Source: Acidobacteriota bacterium (GTDB taxonomy: Bacteria; Acidobacteriota; Vicinamibacteria; Vicinamibacterales; JAKQTR01). Taken from it: a stretch of DNA of 64,000 nt. Position numbers and translations under genes: made by a program. The number at the start of each line of letters is the position of its first letter. Position 1 is the stretch's first letter. The stretch is taken from positions 134,096-198,095 of the forward strand of contig JAPKZO010000039.1 of assembly GCA_026393755.1 (NCBI GenBank), written 5' to 3'. Of this stretch, positions 1-9,267 are shown one piece after another. The notes beneath the pieces are model-generated. The model did no database searches and had not been told where the DNA came from. It was given only the letters and a program-made list of their open reading frames with translations.

Positions 1-102
1 GGCTCCACTCGCACCATTATCGTGTCGCTTGCCGATCGGGTGACTGAACGCCTGATCTTCGTCGAGCAACCCGTGCGCCGGGCGGCGGTGGTCAACGATG
101 AG

Positions 103-720
103 TTAGCCGCGAGGCTTCGAGAAGGCTAGCAGCCTAGTCGCCCCTATTTCTTGATCGTGACCTTCCCGTCGGTCGTCACCCGAAGGCTCCTGAACGCGGG
201 ATGTGATGACGTACTGCCGGCGGGCCCGAACGTCCACATCCCGTCGGGTGACTTTCACCGACACCTGGTGCGGTCGGCAATTGCGATCCGCCGGTTCCAC
301 TTCGATGCCCAGCAGGTATGCTCCCGAGAGTTCGCTGACGATGCGGTCGAAGTGCTGGCCCCACGTGCCGACAGCTTCCATGAATGTGCCGCCTGACGCG
401 GATGTCGCATTCTCGATGCCCTCACGCTCAATTACGTGGTCCTGCGCGGCTGTCGGCGATGCTCGGTATTTCACCTGGCCGAACTCAGGCTGCTCGACAT
501 AGAGCGTGTAAAGGGATATCTCTGCCGCGGCAAACGCGTTTGCGATGAGCGTGTACGAGGTGTTGGATTTCGAATCCGGCGGGGGGCTTCCACCCGACAC
601 CAGGAGCATCGTCTTCGGCCCGTCGACCTTCTGGAGCGCAAGCCCGAGGTCGCGGAGGGCATTGAGCGAGCGCTCGCCGCGCAACCGCTCCTGTGTTCGA
701 AGATAGCGCACCTCAACGGC
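103..720 (-). pseudogene. 5'-truncated VWA-domain protein, C-terminal part (Acidobacterial VWFA-related, TIGR03436-like)
   Basis: The ORF 103..822 is protein-like only from about VAVEVRYLRTQERL... onward (MLLVSGGSPPPDS, LYTLYVEQP, SGAYLLGIEVEPAD, HQVSVKVTRRDVDVRARRQYV). There is no N-terminal VWA/MIDAS part. The upstream 100 nt overlap a transposase fragment in another frame. Confidence 0.5.
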
Positions 721-925
721 CACGCCCCGGCGCCAGGCTCGGCCGCCCCATCGTCGGCGCATAGAACGTCTCGCATGCCTGCTCGACAAAGGCATCAAAG
801 CCCGCGTCGTCCAGAATGTCATTCAGCCGCTGGTAGAACGGATGCGCCGCCGTGCTCGGCAACTCCGCGACCGAAATCCAGAGGCTCTCTTGTCGGCGCC
901 GTTGCCGGCGTGTGCCCATCGCCAT
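713..925 (-). mobile_element. Remnant of an IS5/IS1182-type transposase (only about 65 aa of the N-terminal DUF772/InsH-like domain)
   Basis: The 70-aa ORF contains HPFYQRLNDILDDAGFDAFVEQACETFYAPTMGRPSLAPG, the conserved N-terminal block of InsH/IS5-type transposases. It stops right after GRPSLAPG, where full-length proteins continue for more than 250 aa. No DDE domain follows. Confidence 0.65.
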
Positions 926-992
926 GGGCGTCAGTGTAGTACAAGGGATCGATCATGTCGATCCCCCCGGGTCTTACCGACCACTTATCCCG

Positions 993-1015
993 TGACTTGC
1001 ACCACGGGCTGCTAG
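993..1015. repeat. 23-nt IS terminal sequence TGACTTGCACCACGGGCTGCTAG (exact second copy at 33543..33565)
   Basis: It lies 68 nt upstream of the transposase-fragment ATG (925, minus strand), which is the expected position for an IS end. It ends in CTAG, which contains the TAG stop of the GHMP kinase gene. The 23 nt are identical to 33543..33565. Confidence 0.65.
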
Positions 1016-2043
1016 GTCTCGTGTTCAGTCACGCGCAGCCCTTCGGCCGCGATCCGAACGGGCACCACTCGACAGTCGGGCACGGCCGCGGAGATGGCGG
1101 ATTCGAGCGCGGCTCGATCGGCCGGACCGAGCCCGCACAGAATCGTGAGCGACCCGCCCTCCCCGCCGGCGCCGTTGACGTGCCAGCCCGATGCGTGGTG
1201 CCGCCGCGCCAGATCGATGAGACGTTTCGCCTCCGCCGACACCAGCGCCGGATGCAGCCGGCGCTGTGCATCAGTGTTGTCGCGCATCGCGCGCCCGAGC
1301 GCACTGAGGTCGCCGGATCGGACCGCCTCGCGCGCCATGATGGCCGCCCGACGAAGATCCTGCAGCGCGGTTTGCGCAAGCGGGGTGTCGACGACGTCAC
1401 GAATCACGCGTTCGTGCATGGCCGTTGACTGGTGACGCTGCGCGAGCAGAATCAGCATGAGCCGCGCCTGCAACCGATCGCGGATTCCCGGCGGCAGGAC
1501 GATCGGATGGACGCGGATGCGCGGGTAGGCGTCAATCTCGATGTAGTTCACACCGCCATACGCAGCCGCCAGTTGATCCTGAATGCCGCTCTGCTGCCCC
1601 AGCCGTTCCGTTTCGACCTGTTGTGCCGCCGTCGCCACGGCGAGTCGGTCTACGGCATCACCCGCCAATCGCATCAAAGCGCCTACCAGCGCGACACAGA
1701 CGGATGCCGAGGTGCCGACGGCCGCGCCCGGCGGCATCCCTGAACGAACCCGCACATCCAGGCGCATTCCCTCCGGAACGCCGATCGACTCAATCGCCGC
1801 CTCGATCAACGGGTGGCGTCCCCACGGCCGGGAGCCGGGGACGAAGTCGTAGGTGTCGCCGAAGTTCTCGGCGTGAATCGTGACCGGGACATCGCCGGCC
1901 TGGCGCGCGCTCGTCTGCACGTCCACCTGAGCCCCAGGGGTGATGGCGATGTGAAACACCCCGCCGTGCCTGGCAAACCAGGTATCCGTCCACCCGCCAC
2001 AGTCGCAGATTCTGGTCGGCGCGGTCGCGGTGATGTGTCGCAT
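1012..2043 (-). CDS. GHMP-family sugar/sugar-phosphate kinase
   Basis: 343-aa ORF with the GHMP ATP-binding motif GMPPGAAVGTSAS (PxGSGLGSSAA type). The C-terminal part (GWHVNGAGGEGGSLTIL) is typical of the GHMP C-domain. Confidence 0.8.
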   Translation of the reverse strand: MRHITATAPTRICDCGGWTDTWFARHGGVFHIAITPGAQVDVQTSARQAGDVPVTIHAENFGDTYDFVPGSRPWGRHPLIEAAIESIGVPEGMRLDVRVRSGMPPGAAVGTSASVCVALVGALMRLAGDAVDRLAVATAAQQVETERLGQQSGIQDQLAAAYGGVNYIEIDAYPRIRVHPIVLPPGIRDRLQARLMLILLAQRHQSTAMHERVIRDVVDTPLAQTALQDLRRAAIMAREAVRSGDLSALGRAMRDNTDAQRRLHPALVSAEAKRLIDLARRHHASGWHVNGAGGEGGSLTILCGLGPADRAALESAISAAVPDCRVVPVRIAAEGLRVTEHET

Positions 2044-2112
2044 TCCCTCTTACTTCTTACTACTTGCTACTTGCTTCTGCTACGATTTGCACGCACGTCG
2101 CTATCAGGAAGG

Positions 2113-4218
2113 ATGCTCATGCGCGCTCACCTGCTGCCTATCGCGGTCCTGACGCTGGCCGTGGCAACGTCGGCCGGCGCCGGATCTGGGTTCGCACAAC
2201 GGCCCGGACGCCCTGCTGCGGCGGCGGCAGCCCAGCCCGGTGCGACTCCAGTGCCACCGGCGGTGGCGTCGGTGGCGGAATCGGCGCAGCCGGGGGCCCT
2301 GTCGCCGCGCAACGCGAACTACTCGGTCGATGTCGCGCTGGATCATACCTCGCGGACGTTGAGCGGGCGGGAAGTCGTGACCTGGCGCAACATCACCAGT
2401 GCGAGCACGTCCGAACTGCGCTTCCACCTGTACTACAACGCCTGGAAGAACAGCCAGTCGACGTGGCTGCGTGAGCGGGCCCTCACCGAGCGCAAGCCGG
2501 ACACGATCGCGGAAGGTGACTGGGGCTGGATCGAGGTCGGTTCCGTGCGGCTGCTCACGGGCGGTTCGTCCCCCGTCGACCTCACGTCGCGCCGGCGCTA
2601 CATCAGTCCCGATGACGGCAACCCGAACGATCAGACGGTGCTCCAGGTGCCGCTGCCCGCGCCGGTCCAGCCAGGAGAGACGATCACCGTGGAGGTCACG
2701 TGGACGTCGAAAGTCCCGCGTACCTTCTCACGCACGGGCACGATCGGGAACTACTACTTCATCGCCCAGTGGTTTCCCAAGCTCGGCGTGCTCGAGCCGA
2801 GCGGCTGGAATTGCCACCAGTTCCACGCCGGTACGGAGTTCTTCTCGGACTATGGCGTCTATGACATACGGATGAAGGTGCCCACGCGATGGATCGTCGG
2901 CGCCAGCGGCCGGGAGCAGTCGCACACCGACAACGCGGACAGCACGACGACGTGGGTGTACCACGCCGAGGACGTGCACGATTTTGCGTGGACCACCAGC
3001 CCCGACTTCATCGAACGCCGGGCGCGATTCGATCACCCGTCACTGCCGTCAGTCGAGATGCGCCTGCTGCTGCAACCCGAGCACGCGGACCAGGCGGAGC
3101 GCCACTTCGATGCGACGCGGACGACCCTGCGGTTCTACGGTGAGTGGTTCGGCGCGTACCCCTATCCCAACATCACGATCATCGATCCCGCATGGCAAAG
3201 CGGCACCGGCGGGATGGAGTATCCGACGCTGTTCACGGCCGGATCCAGATACCTGGTGCCTGCGCAGGTCACGCAACCCGAGGGTGTCACGATCCACGAA
3301 GCCGGCCACCAGTTCTGGTACGCCCTCGTCGGCAATAACGAGTTTGAAGACGCGTGGCTCGACGAAGGGCTGAATACCTTCTCGACGGCCAGAGCGATCG
3401 AGGCGAATCCGCGGCTGAAGACGAATTTCTATTCCCGGAGGTACTTCGGGGGTTTCGTTCCGCACGTATTCCCGGACATGGTGATGTCGCGCGAAGTGTT
3501 CGGCAATCGGTTGAGCGGCTATCGTGTGGACGCCAAGTCGGACACGCCGGCCACACCGAGCTACAAGTACTTTCCCGCATCCGGCGGCGCGCTTTCGTAC
3601 GACAAGACGGCGCTCTGGCTGAACACCCTGGAGCGCCACCTCGGCTGGCCGACGATGCAGCGGATCATGTCCACGTTCTTCGAGCGCTGGAAGTTCAGGC
3701 ACCCGGCCCCGCAGGACTTCTTTGAGGTGGTCAACGAGGTGTCGGGCCAGGACATGACCTGGTTCTTCGACCAGGTGTATCGCAGTTCGAACGTGTTCGA
3801 CTACGGGGTCCAGACCGTGGCCAGCCAGCCGGTCCCGGGGCCGGGATACGTGGACCGCAACGGCAAGGTGGCCTTCGACAGCGGCACGGGGAGACCAGCG
3901 CGTGTCCGTTCGACGGTCGTGGTCCGGAGGTACGGCGAAGCGATCTTCCCGGTCGACGTCCAGGTGACGTTCGCCAATGGCGAGCAGGCGCGCGAACACT
4001 GGGACGGCCGCGAGCGCTGGATATCGTACGTCTACGAGCGCGGCGTCGGCGTCGAGACCGTTGTCGTCGATCCCGATCGAGTCCTGCTGCTCGACATCAA
4101 CCGGACCAACAACAGCTACCGGGCGCATCCAGTTTCTGGCCAGGCCGCGCAGAAATGGATGCTGAAGTGGATGGTGTGGCTGCAGGACGCGCTGGCCACG
4201 TACGCGTTCTTCATCTGA
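2113..4218 (+). CDS. M1-family zinc metallopeptidase (aminopeptidase N-like), secreted
   Basis: HEAGHQFWY (HExxH) is followed by WLDEGLNTF (third Zn ligand Glu), which is the gluzincin M1 signature. The internal ATG at 2113 gives the signal peptide MLMRAHLLPIAVLTLAVATSAGA. The ORF-track start at 1813 runs antisense through the GHMP gene and is rejected. Confidence 0.9.
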   Translation: MLMRAHLLPIAVLTLAVATSAGAGSGFAQRPGRPAAAAAAQPGATPVPPAVASVAESAQPGALSPRNANYSVDVALDHTSRTLSGREVVTWRNITSASTSELRFHLYYNAWKNSQSTWLRERALTERKPDTIAEGDWGWIEVGSVRLLTGGSSPVDLTSRRRYISPDDGNPNDQTVLQVPLPAPVQPGETITVEVTWTSKVPRTFSRTGTIGNYYFIAQWFPKLGVLEPSGWNCHQFHAGTEFFSDYGVYDIRMKVPTRWIVGASGREQSHTDNADSTTTWVYHAEDVHDFAWTTSPDFIERRARFDHPSLPSVEMRLLLQPEHADQAERHFDATRTTLRFYGEWFGAYPYPNITIIDPAWQSGTGGMEYPTLFTAGSRYLVPAQVTQPEGVTIHEAGHQFWYALVGNNEFEDAWLDEGLNTFSTARAIEANPRLKTNFYSRRYFGGFVPHVFPDMVMSREVFGNRLSGYRVDAKSDTPATPSYKYFPASGGALSYDKTALWLNTLERHLGWPTMQRIMSTFFERWKFRHPAPQDFFEVVNEVSGQDMTWFFDQVYRSSNVFDYGVQTVASQPVPGPGYVDRNGKVAFDSGTGRPARVRSTVVVRRYGEAIFPVDVQVTFANGEQAREHWDGRERWISYVYERGVGVETVVVDPDRVLLLDINRTNNSYRAHPVSGQAAQKWMLKWMVWLQDALATYAFFI

Positions 4219-4237
4219 TCTAGCGGGGCGAATCGCT

Positions 4238-5263
4238 ATGACGAACATCATCTCCGCGTTCACGGACGGTACGAGGCGCGTGTGGCGGGCACCGGTCATC
4301 CTGGCCGGCGTGTACCTGCTGATGCTCATCACGACGACGCTTCCTGGACTTGTGGTCCGGGAGGACATCGCCCTGTCGCTTGGCTCGAGCGCCGACGCCG
4401 ACACGATGGTGAATGGCGTCAGCCTGGAGTGGTGGGACCGGTTTGGCGAATCCGCGTCCGGCCTCAGCAAGAGCTTCTCGCCGACCATCATCGGATTCGG
4501 CGCGACCCTCGACAACGTGAGCCGGCTGCTCGACAACGGGTCACTGCCGATCGCCGTGGTGGGGTTGGCCGCCGCATACATGTTCGGCTGGCTGTTCCTG
4601 GCCGGCGGCATTCTGGATCGGTTCGCGCGCAGCCGAGCCACCCGGGGCCGCGCGTTCTTTGGCGCGTGCGGCGTGTACTTTCCGCGCTTCCTCCGCCTCG
4701 GCATCCTCGGCCTGGTCGGGTACTGGCTGCTCTTCGCATTCGTGCACGGGTGGCTCTTCGAGCGCGCGTGGAATGCGGTAACCCACGACCTGACCGTCGA
4801 GCGCACGGCATTTGTGCTGCGCCTGGCGTTGTACGCGGTATTCGGAGCGCTGCTCGCGATCTGGAATGTCGTTCTCGACTACGCGAAGATCCGCGCGGTG
4901 GTAGAAGACCGGTACAGCATGCTGGGAGCGATGCTGGCCGGATGGCGGTTCGTGATCCGCCGGCCCGCCGCGGCCGGCGGACTGTATCTGCTGAACGGGT
5001 TATGCCTCGTCATCGTCTTGATGCTTTATGCTGTGGTCGCGCCGGGAGCCGCAGGCGGCGGCCTCCAGATCTGGGCGGCATTTGCCATTGGCCAGATCTA
5101 CATCTTCGCGCGCCTCTTCGTGAAGCTGATGTTCTACGCGTCGCAGACGGCGCTGTTTCAGCAGTCGCTCGCTCACGCCGAGTACACGGCGGCGCCGGTT
5201 CCCTCATGGCCCGATTCGCCCGCAGCCGAGGCCATCGTCAACGCGGAGGAGCGGCGCGGATAG
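4238..5263 (+). CDS. Polytopic integral membrane protein of unknown function
   Basis: 341-aa ORF with several hydrophobic helices (VILAGVYLLMLITTTLPGLVV, IAVVGLAAAYMFGWLFLAGGIL, LGILGLVGYWLLFAFVHGWLF, LYLLNGLCLVIVLMLYAVVAP). It is tightly spaced between the M1 peptidase and nadE. Confidence 0.7.
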   Translation: MTNIISAFTDGTRRVWRAPVILAGVYLLMLITTTLPGLVVREDIALSLGSSADADTMVNGVSLEWWDRFGESASGLSKSFSPTIIGFGATLDNVSRLLDNGSLPIAVVGLAAAYMFGWLFLAGGILDRFARSRATRGRAFFGACGVYFPRFLRLGILGLVGYWLLFAFVHGWLFERAWNAVTHDLTVERTAFVLRLALYAVFGALLAIWNVVLDYAKIRAVVEDRYSMLGAMLAGWRFVIRRPAAAGGLYLLNGLCLVIVLMLYAVVAPGAAGGGLQIWAAFAIGQIYIFARLFVKLMFYASQTALFQQSLAHAEYTAAPVPSWPDSPAAEAIVNAEERRG

Positions 5264-5277
5264 GCTATAGTCAAATC

Positions 5278-6081
5278 ATGTCCATCTTCGTCGATCAGAT
5301 GGCGGTCTGGCTGCGACAGCAGGTCGCAGACGCCAACGAGAAAGGCATAGTCGTCGGATTGAGCGGAGGCGTGGACTCGGCCGTCGTCGCTCGGGTCGCC
5401 CAGTTGGCCATGGGAGACGCGGTCCTCGGCGTGATCATGCCTGCCCACAGCGATCACCAGGACCAGCAGGACGCGAGGCTGGTCGCCGAGCGCTTCAAGC
5501 TCCCGGTCGTTGTCGTGGACCTGTCGGCGGCTTACGACGATCTGCTTGACATCATCGGACAGGCGCTGGACAACCAGGCTGGAAGGGGCGCGGCAGCGAC
5601 CGAGGCGCCGTCCAGGCTGGCGCTCGCAAACCTGAAGCCGCGCTTGCGCATGACGACGTTGTACGCCGTGGCCAATCGCTACGGCTATCTGGTGGCGGGG
5701 ACCGGCAACCGGAGCGAGATCGCGATCGGGTACTTCACGAAGTACGGGGACGGCGGCGTGGATGTGCTGCCCCTGGGTGCGCTGGTCAAGAGTCAGGTGC
5801 GCGAGTTGGCGCGCGAACTGGATGTGCCGAGGGGCATCATCGAGAAGGCGCCCAGCGCGGGGCTCTGGCGCGGCCAGACCGACGAGGGCGAGATGGGGTT
5901 CAGCTACGCCGAACTCGAGCGGTTCCTGCGCGAGGGCCCGGCCGCCGTGCCCCCCGCGGTGACGCTGAAGATTGAGGCGCTGGCACGGGCCAGCGATCAC
6001 AAGCGGCGGATGCCACCCGTGTTCGAGCCGGTTCCGCGCGAGAGCGCGCCGGCCGACCTGCTCCCGGCAGTTCGCGATTGA
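5278..6081 (+). CDS. nadE: NH3-dependent NAD+ synthetase
   Basis: The internal ATG at 5278 of ORF 4282..6081 gives MSIFVDQMAVWLRQQV...GIVVGLSGGVDSAVVA (SGGxDS PP-loop), then YLVAGTGNRSEIAIGYFTKYGDGGVDVLPLG and DEGEMGFSYAELERFL. These are typical NadE blocks. Confidence 0.9.
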   Translation: MSIFVDQMAVWLRQQVADANEKGIVVGLSGGVDSAVVARVAQLAMGDAVLGVIMPAHSDHQDQQDARLVAERFKLPVVVVDLSAAYDDLLDIIGQALDNQAGRGAAATEAPSRLALANLKPRLRMTTLYAVANRYGYLVAGTGNRSEIAIGYFTKYGDGGVDVLPLGALVKSQVRELARELDVPRGIIEKAPSAGLWRGQTDEGEMGFSYAELERFLREGPAAVPPAVTLKIEALARASDHKRRMPPVFEPVPRESAPADLLPAVRD

Positions 6082-6087
6082 TCGGCG

Positions 6088-7119
6088 GTGGCCATGACAC
6101 ACACGATCACGCTCATTCCTGGCGACGGCATCGGTCCGGAAGTGACTGCCGCGGTGGTGCGTATTCTCAAGGCGTCCGGGGCGGCGATCGAGTGGGAGCG
6201 CCACGACGCGGGCATCGTCGCGCTCGAGCGGCACGGCACCACGCTGCCCCATCCCCTGCTCGACTCGGTCGAGCACAACCGTGTGGCGCTCAAGGGCCCC
6301 CTGACCACGCCCATAGGCGCCGGATTCACGAGCGTGAACGTCGGCCTGCGCAGGGCGCTCGATCTCTACGCGAATCTGAGACCGGTCTACAATCTGCCGG
6401 GCGTGCAGTCGCGGTTCCAGAACGTCGATCTGGTGCTGGTGCGCGAGAACACCGAGGATCTCTACTCGGGGCTCGAGCACGAAGTGATTCCGGGGGTCGT
6501 CGAGAGCCTGAAGATCATCACCGAGCGGGCCTCGCTGCGCATCGCGCGGTTCGCCTTCGAGTACGCGCGCACGCACGGACGAACACGGGTGACGGCGGTG
6601 CACAAGGCCAACATCATGAAGCTCAGTGATGGCCTGTTCATCGATTGTGCACGCACCGTGGCGCGGGACTTTCTCGATCTGGCCTACGACGAGCGGATTG
6701 TCGATGCCGCCTGCATGCACCTGGTGATGACGCCCGAGAAGTTCGACGTGCTGCTCATGCCGAACCTGTACGGCGATATTCTGTCGGACTTGTGCGCGGG
6801 CCTGGTCGGCGGCCTCGGCGTGGTGGGCAGCGGGAACATGGGGACCAGCGTCGCCGTGTTCGAAGCGGTGCACGGCACCGCGCCGGATATTGCCGGCAAG
6901 AACCTGGCAAATCCGATGGCGCTCCTGCTGTCGGCGGTCATGATGTTGAGGCACATCGGGGAATCGGAACGCGCCGAGGCGGTGACGCAGGCCCTGACCA
7001 GGGTGGTCGCCGATCCCCGCACACGGACCCGCGATCTGGGCGGTACCGCCACCACGACGGAATTCACCGAGGCCGTCTGCCGCGACATCGAACACACAGG
7101 CGCGCAGGCGCGGGCCTGA
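6088..7119 (+). CDS. NAD-dependent isocitrate dehydrogenase (IDH3 / beta-decarboxylating dehydrogenase family)
   Basis: 343 aa with ITLIPGDGIGPEV, LVLVRENTEDLYSGLEH, NLYGDILSDLCAGLVGGLG, HGTAPDIAGKNLANPMALLLSAVMMLRH. These resemble the mitochondrial IDH3-type subfamily. Isopropylmalate or homoisocitrate specificity cannot be excluded by eye. Confidence 0.8.
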   Translation: MAMTHTITLIPGDGIGPEVTAAVVRILKASGAAIEWERHDAGIVALERHGTTLPHPLLDSVEHNRVALKGPLTTPIGAGFTSVNVGLRRALDLYANLRPVYNLPGVQSRFQNVDLVLVRENTEDLYSGLEHEVIPGVVESLKIITERASLRIARFAFEYARTHGRTRVTAVHKANIMKLSDGLFIDCARTVARDFLDLAYDERIVDAACMHLVMTPEKFDVLLMPNLYGDILSDLCAGLVGGLGVVGSGNMGTSVAVFEAVHGTAPDIAGKNLANPMALLLSAVMMLRHIGESERAEAVTQALTRVVADPRTRTRDLGGTATTTEFTEAVCRDIEHTGAQARA

Positions 7120-7136
7120 GCGCAAATCGAACGCCA

Positions 7137-8273
7137 ATGCGACACCCCGAACTGCTCGACGACATCACGCGCGCGGTGCTCGCTCGCGACGAGGTGGTCC
7201 GGTTGCTGCAGGGCACGCACGGCGACAGCGCGCCCGAATCGAAGGAGCGCGTCCATGCGTACATTGACGAACTGCACACGACGCAGCGGTACTTCCTCTA
7301 TCACGCGCTGCGGCACCCGCTCTATCCGATCCTGCGGAAGATCAAGCGGATCGTGGAACGCATCGACTCGCTGCAGGCGACGCTTCAGACCAGCCGGGTG
7401 ATATACGCGTCGAACCACCGGAGCCACACCGACTACCTCGTGGAGCCGATCATTCTCGACGATCATGGCATCCGGCCGCCGATCACGGCGGCAGGCATCA
7501 ACCTGTTCGGGGGGGCGCTCGGCCTGCTGCACCGGCACGTGACCGGGGCCATCCCCATCCGCCGCAACACGAAGGACCCGATCTATCTGACGACGCTCAA
7601 GGCCTACGTCGCCGAATTGCTGCATCGCCGGGATCTGCTGTTCTACATCGAGGGGGGACGCTCGTATACCGGCGAACTGAAAGCGCCCAAGACCGGTCTG
7701 CTGCATGCGGCCATGCAGGCCGAACTGCCGAACGTGGTCATCGTGCCGGTGGCGATTGCCTACGATCTGGTGCTCGAGGACCGCATTGTGGCGCGCCAGG
7801 GCGTCAAACGGCGGCAGCGGTCGTTTGCCCGGGAGCTGGCCGAAATGGCCACGATCGCCGTGGGGTATCGATCGCGCGCGTTCGTCACTTTCGGTGATTC
7901 GATCCCGCTGAACGGGTATTCGCACGAATCGCGGCGTGACGTGCTCGATTTGGCGCACCGCACTCGGGATGCGATCGGCAAGCTCTACAAGGTGCTGCCC
8001 ACGGCCCTGGTCTCGGCGGCGATGAAGTCTTCGCTGACCAGGCGGGATCTTGAGTCGCGCGTCGCCACCCTGCTCGACCAACTGGCCGGGAATCAGGCCA
8101 ACATGGGCGTGCGTGACGCGCGGCAGGCGGTCGACGACGGCGTGGCCGCGCTCGCCAGACGCGGGATCCTCCACGTGGAACGCAGCCGGATTCGCGTGCG
8201 TGATCGCGGACTTCTCCGTTATTATGCCAAGTCGATTCAACATCTTCTTCCATCTGTCCCGAACAGGACCTGA
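7137..8273 (+). CDS. PlsB/PlsC-like glycerolipid acyltransferase
   Basis: The internal ATG at 7137 gives MRHPELLDD.... The acyltransferase H(x)4D block NHRSHTDY and the FYIEGGRSYTGEL block are present. The ORF-track start at 6645 overlaps the IDH gene. Confidence 0.75.
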   Translation: MRHPELLDDITRAVLARDEVVRLLQGTHGDSAPESKERVHAYIDELHTTQRYFLYHALRHPLYPILRKIKRIVERIDSLQATLQTSRVIYASNHRSHTDYLVEPIILDDHGIRPPITAAGINLFGGALGLLHRHVTGAIPIRRNTKDPIYLTTLKAYVAELLHRRDLLFYIEGGRSYTGELKAPKTGLLHAAMQAELPNVVIVPVAIAYDLVLEDRIVARQGVKRRQRSFARELAEMATIAVGYRSRAFVTFGDSIPLNGYSHESRRDVLDLAHRTRDAIGKLYKVLPTALVSAAMKSSLTRRDLESRVATLLDQLAGNQANMGVRDARQAVDDGVAALARRGILHVERSRIRVRDRGLLRYYAKSIQHLLPSVPNRT

Positions 8274-8275
8274 TC

Positions 8276-9211
8276 ATGCTGGATGCGTTGTCAAAATCGT
8301 TCTTCCACGCCCTGGCCCGCAGCCAGTCCATCGAGCGTCTCGCGTCGCGGTACGGCATGGCCAGGCCGACCAGCTTCGGCCGGCGCTTTATCGCAGGCGA
8401 AACCGTTGAGGAGGCGATCGCGGCCGCCCGCGTGATCGAGGCGCAGGGCATGCTGCTCACGCTCGATCAACTCGGCGAGAGCGTCACGAGCGCGGAGGAA
8501 GCCGCTACCGCGACCAGGGGATGCCTGAACCTGATCGACAGCGTGGTGGCGGCCGGCGTCGATCGCAACGTCTCCGTCAAGCTCACGCAGTTGGGCCTGG
8601 ATGTCGGCGTTGAGGTCTGTTGCGGCAACCTGCGGCGAATCCTCACGCTCGCCGCACAGCACGGCATGTTCGTTCGTGTCGATATCGAGAACACGCCCTA
8701 CCTCCAGAAGACCTTCGATGTGTTTGCCACGATGTGGAGCGAAGGGTTCCGTAACACGGGCGTGGCGGTTCAGTCAGCGGTCCTTCGCAGCGAAGACGAT
8801 GCCCGCGCGATGTGCAAGGCCGGCATCCGGGTCAGGCTGGTCAAGGGCGCCTACAAGGAGCCCCCGATCCTCGCGCATCAGGCCAAGGCCGATGTTGATG
8901 CGGCTTACCTCCGGATCATGAAGACGCTGCTCGCCGATGGCGTGTGTCCCGCGATCGCGACTCACGATCCCGCCATGATTGAGGCGACCAAGGCCTTCGC
9001 GGCCGAGCGGCACATCACGAAGGACAAGTACGAATTCCAGATGCTCTACGGCATCCGGCGTGATGTGCAGGCGTCGCTCGTGCGGGACGGATACCGGTTG
9101 CGGGTCTACGTTCCATTCGGGAAGCAGTGGTTTCCCTACTTCATGCGGCGGCTGGGCGAGCGTCCGGCCAACGTGGGATTCGTTCTCAAGGGCATCTTCG
9201 GAGAACGCTGA
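8276..9211 (+). CDS. Monofunctional proline dehydrogenase
   Basis: 311 aa. The pattern LTLDQLGE...VSVKLTQLG...VRVDIE...RLVKGAY...ATHD...QMLYGIR...YVPFG is typical of the PutA-type proline dehydrogenase TIM barrel. Confidence 0.8.
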   Translation: MLDALSKSFFHALARSQSIERLASRYGMARPTSFGRRFIAGETVEEAIAAARVIEAQGMLLTLDQLGESVTSAEEAATATRGCLNLIDSVVAAGVDRNVSVKLTQLGLDVGVEVCCGNLRRILTLAAQHGMFVRVDIENTPYLQKTFDVFATMWSEGFRNTGVAVQSAVLRSEDDARAMCKAGIRVRLVKGAYKEPPILAHQAKADVDAAYLRIMKTLLADGVCPAIATHDPAMIEATKAFAAERHITKDKYEFQMLYGIRRDVQASLVRDGYRLRVYVPFGKQWFPYFMRRLGERPANVGFVLKGIFGER

Positions 9212-9267
9212 CGGCTGTCCCGTTCGACGCGGCGACCGCCCCGCCATCTCAGCCCTCCGAGGGCTTG

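Noticed and set aside
1813-2112. N-terminal extensions of ORF-track entries (1813 for the M1 peptidase, 4282 for nadE, 6645 for the acyltransferase, 27465 for the deacetylase, 35617 for glmS, 37527 for the CHRD protein)
   Set aside because: The extensions overlap upstream genes or lack protein-like sequence. Internal starts give canonical N-termini (signal peptides, MCGIFG, the ATGA coupling sites) and RBS-like motifs.
5173-8243. Long minus-strand ORFs 5173..7137 (654 aa) and 6684..8243 (519 aa)
   Set aside because: They are antisense to nadE, IDH and the acyltransferase, which all have clear catalytic motifs. The sequences are Arg/Gly/His-rich and low in complexity.
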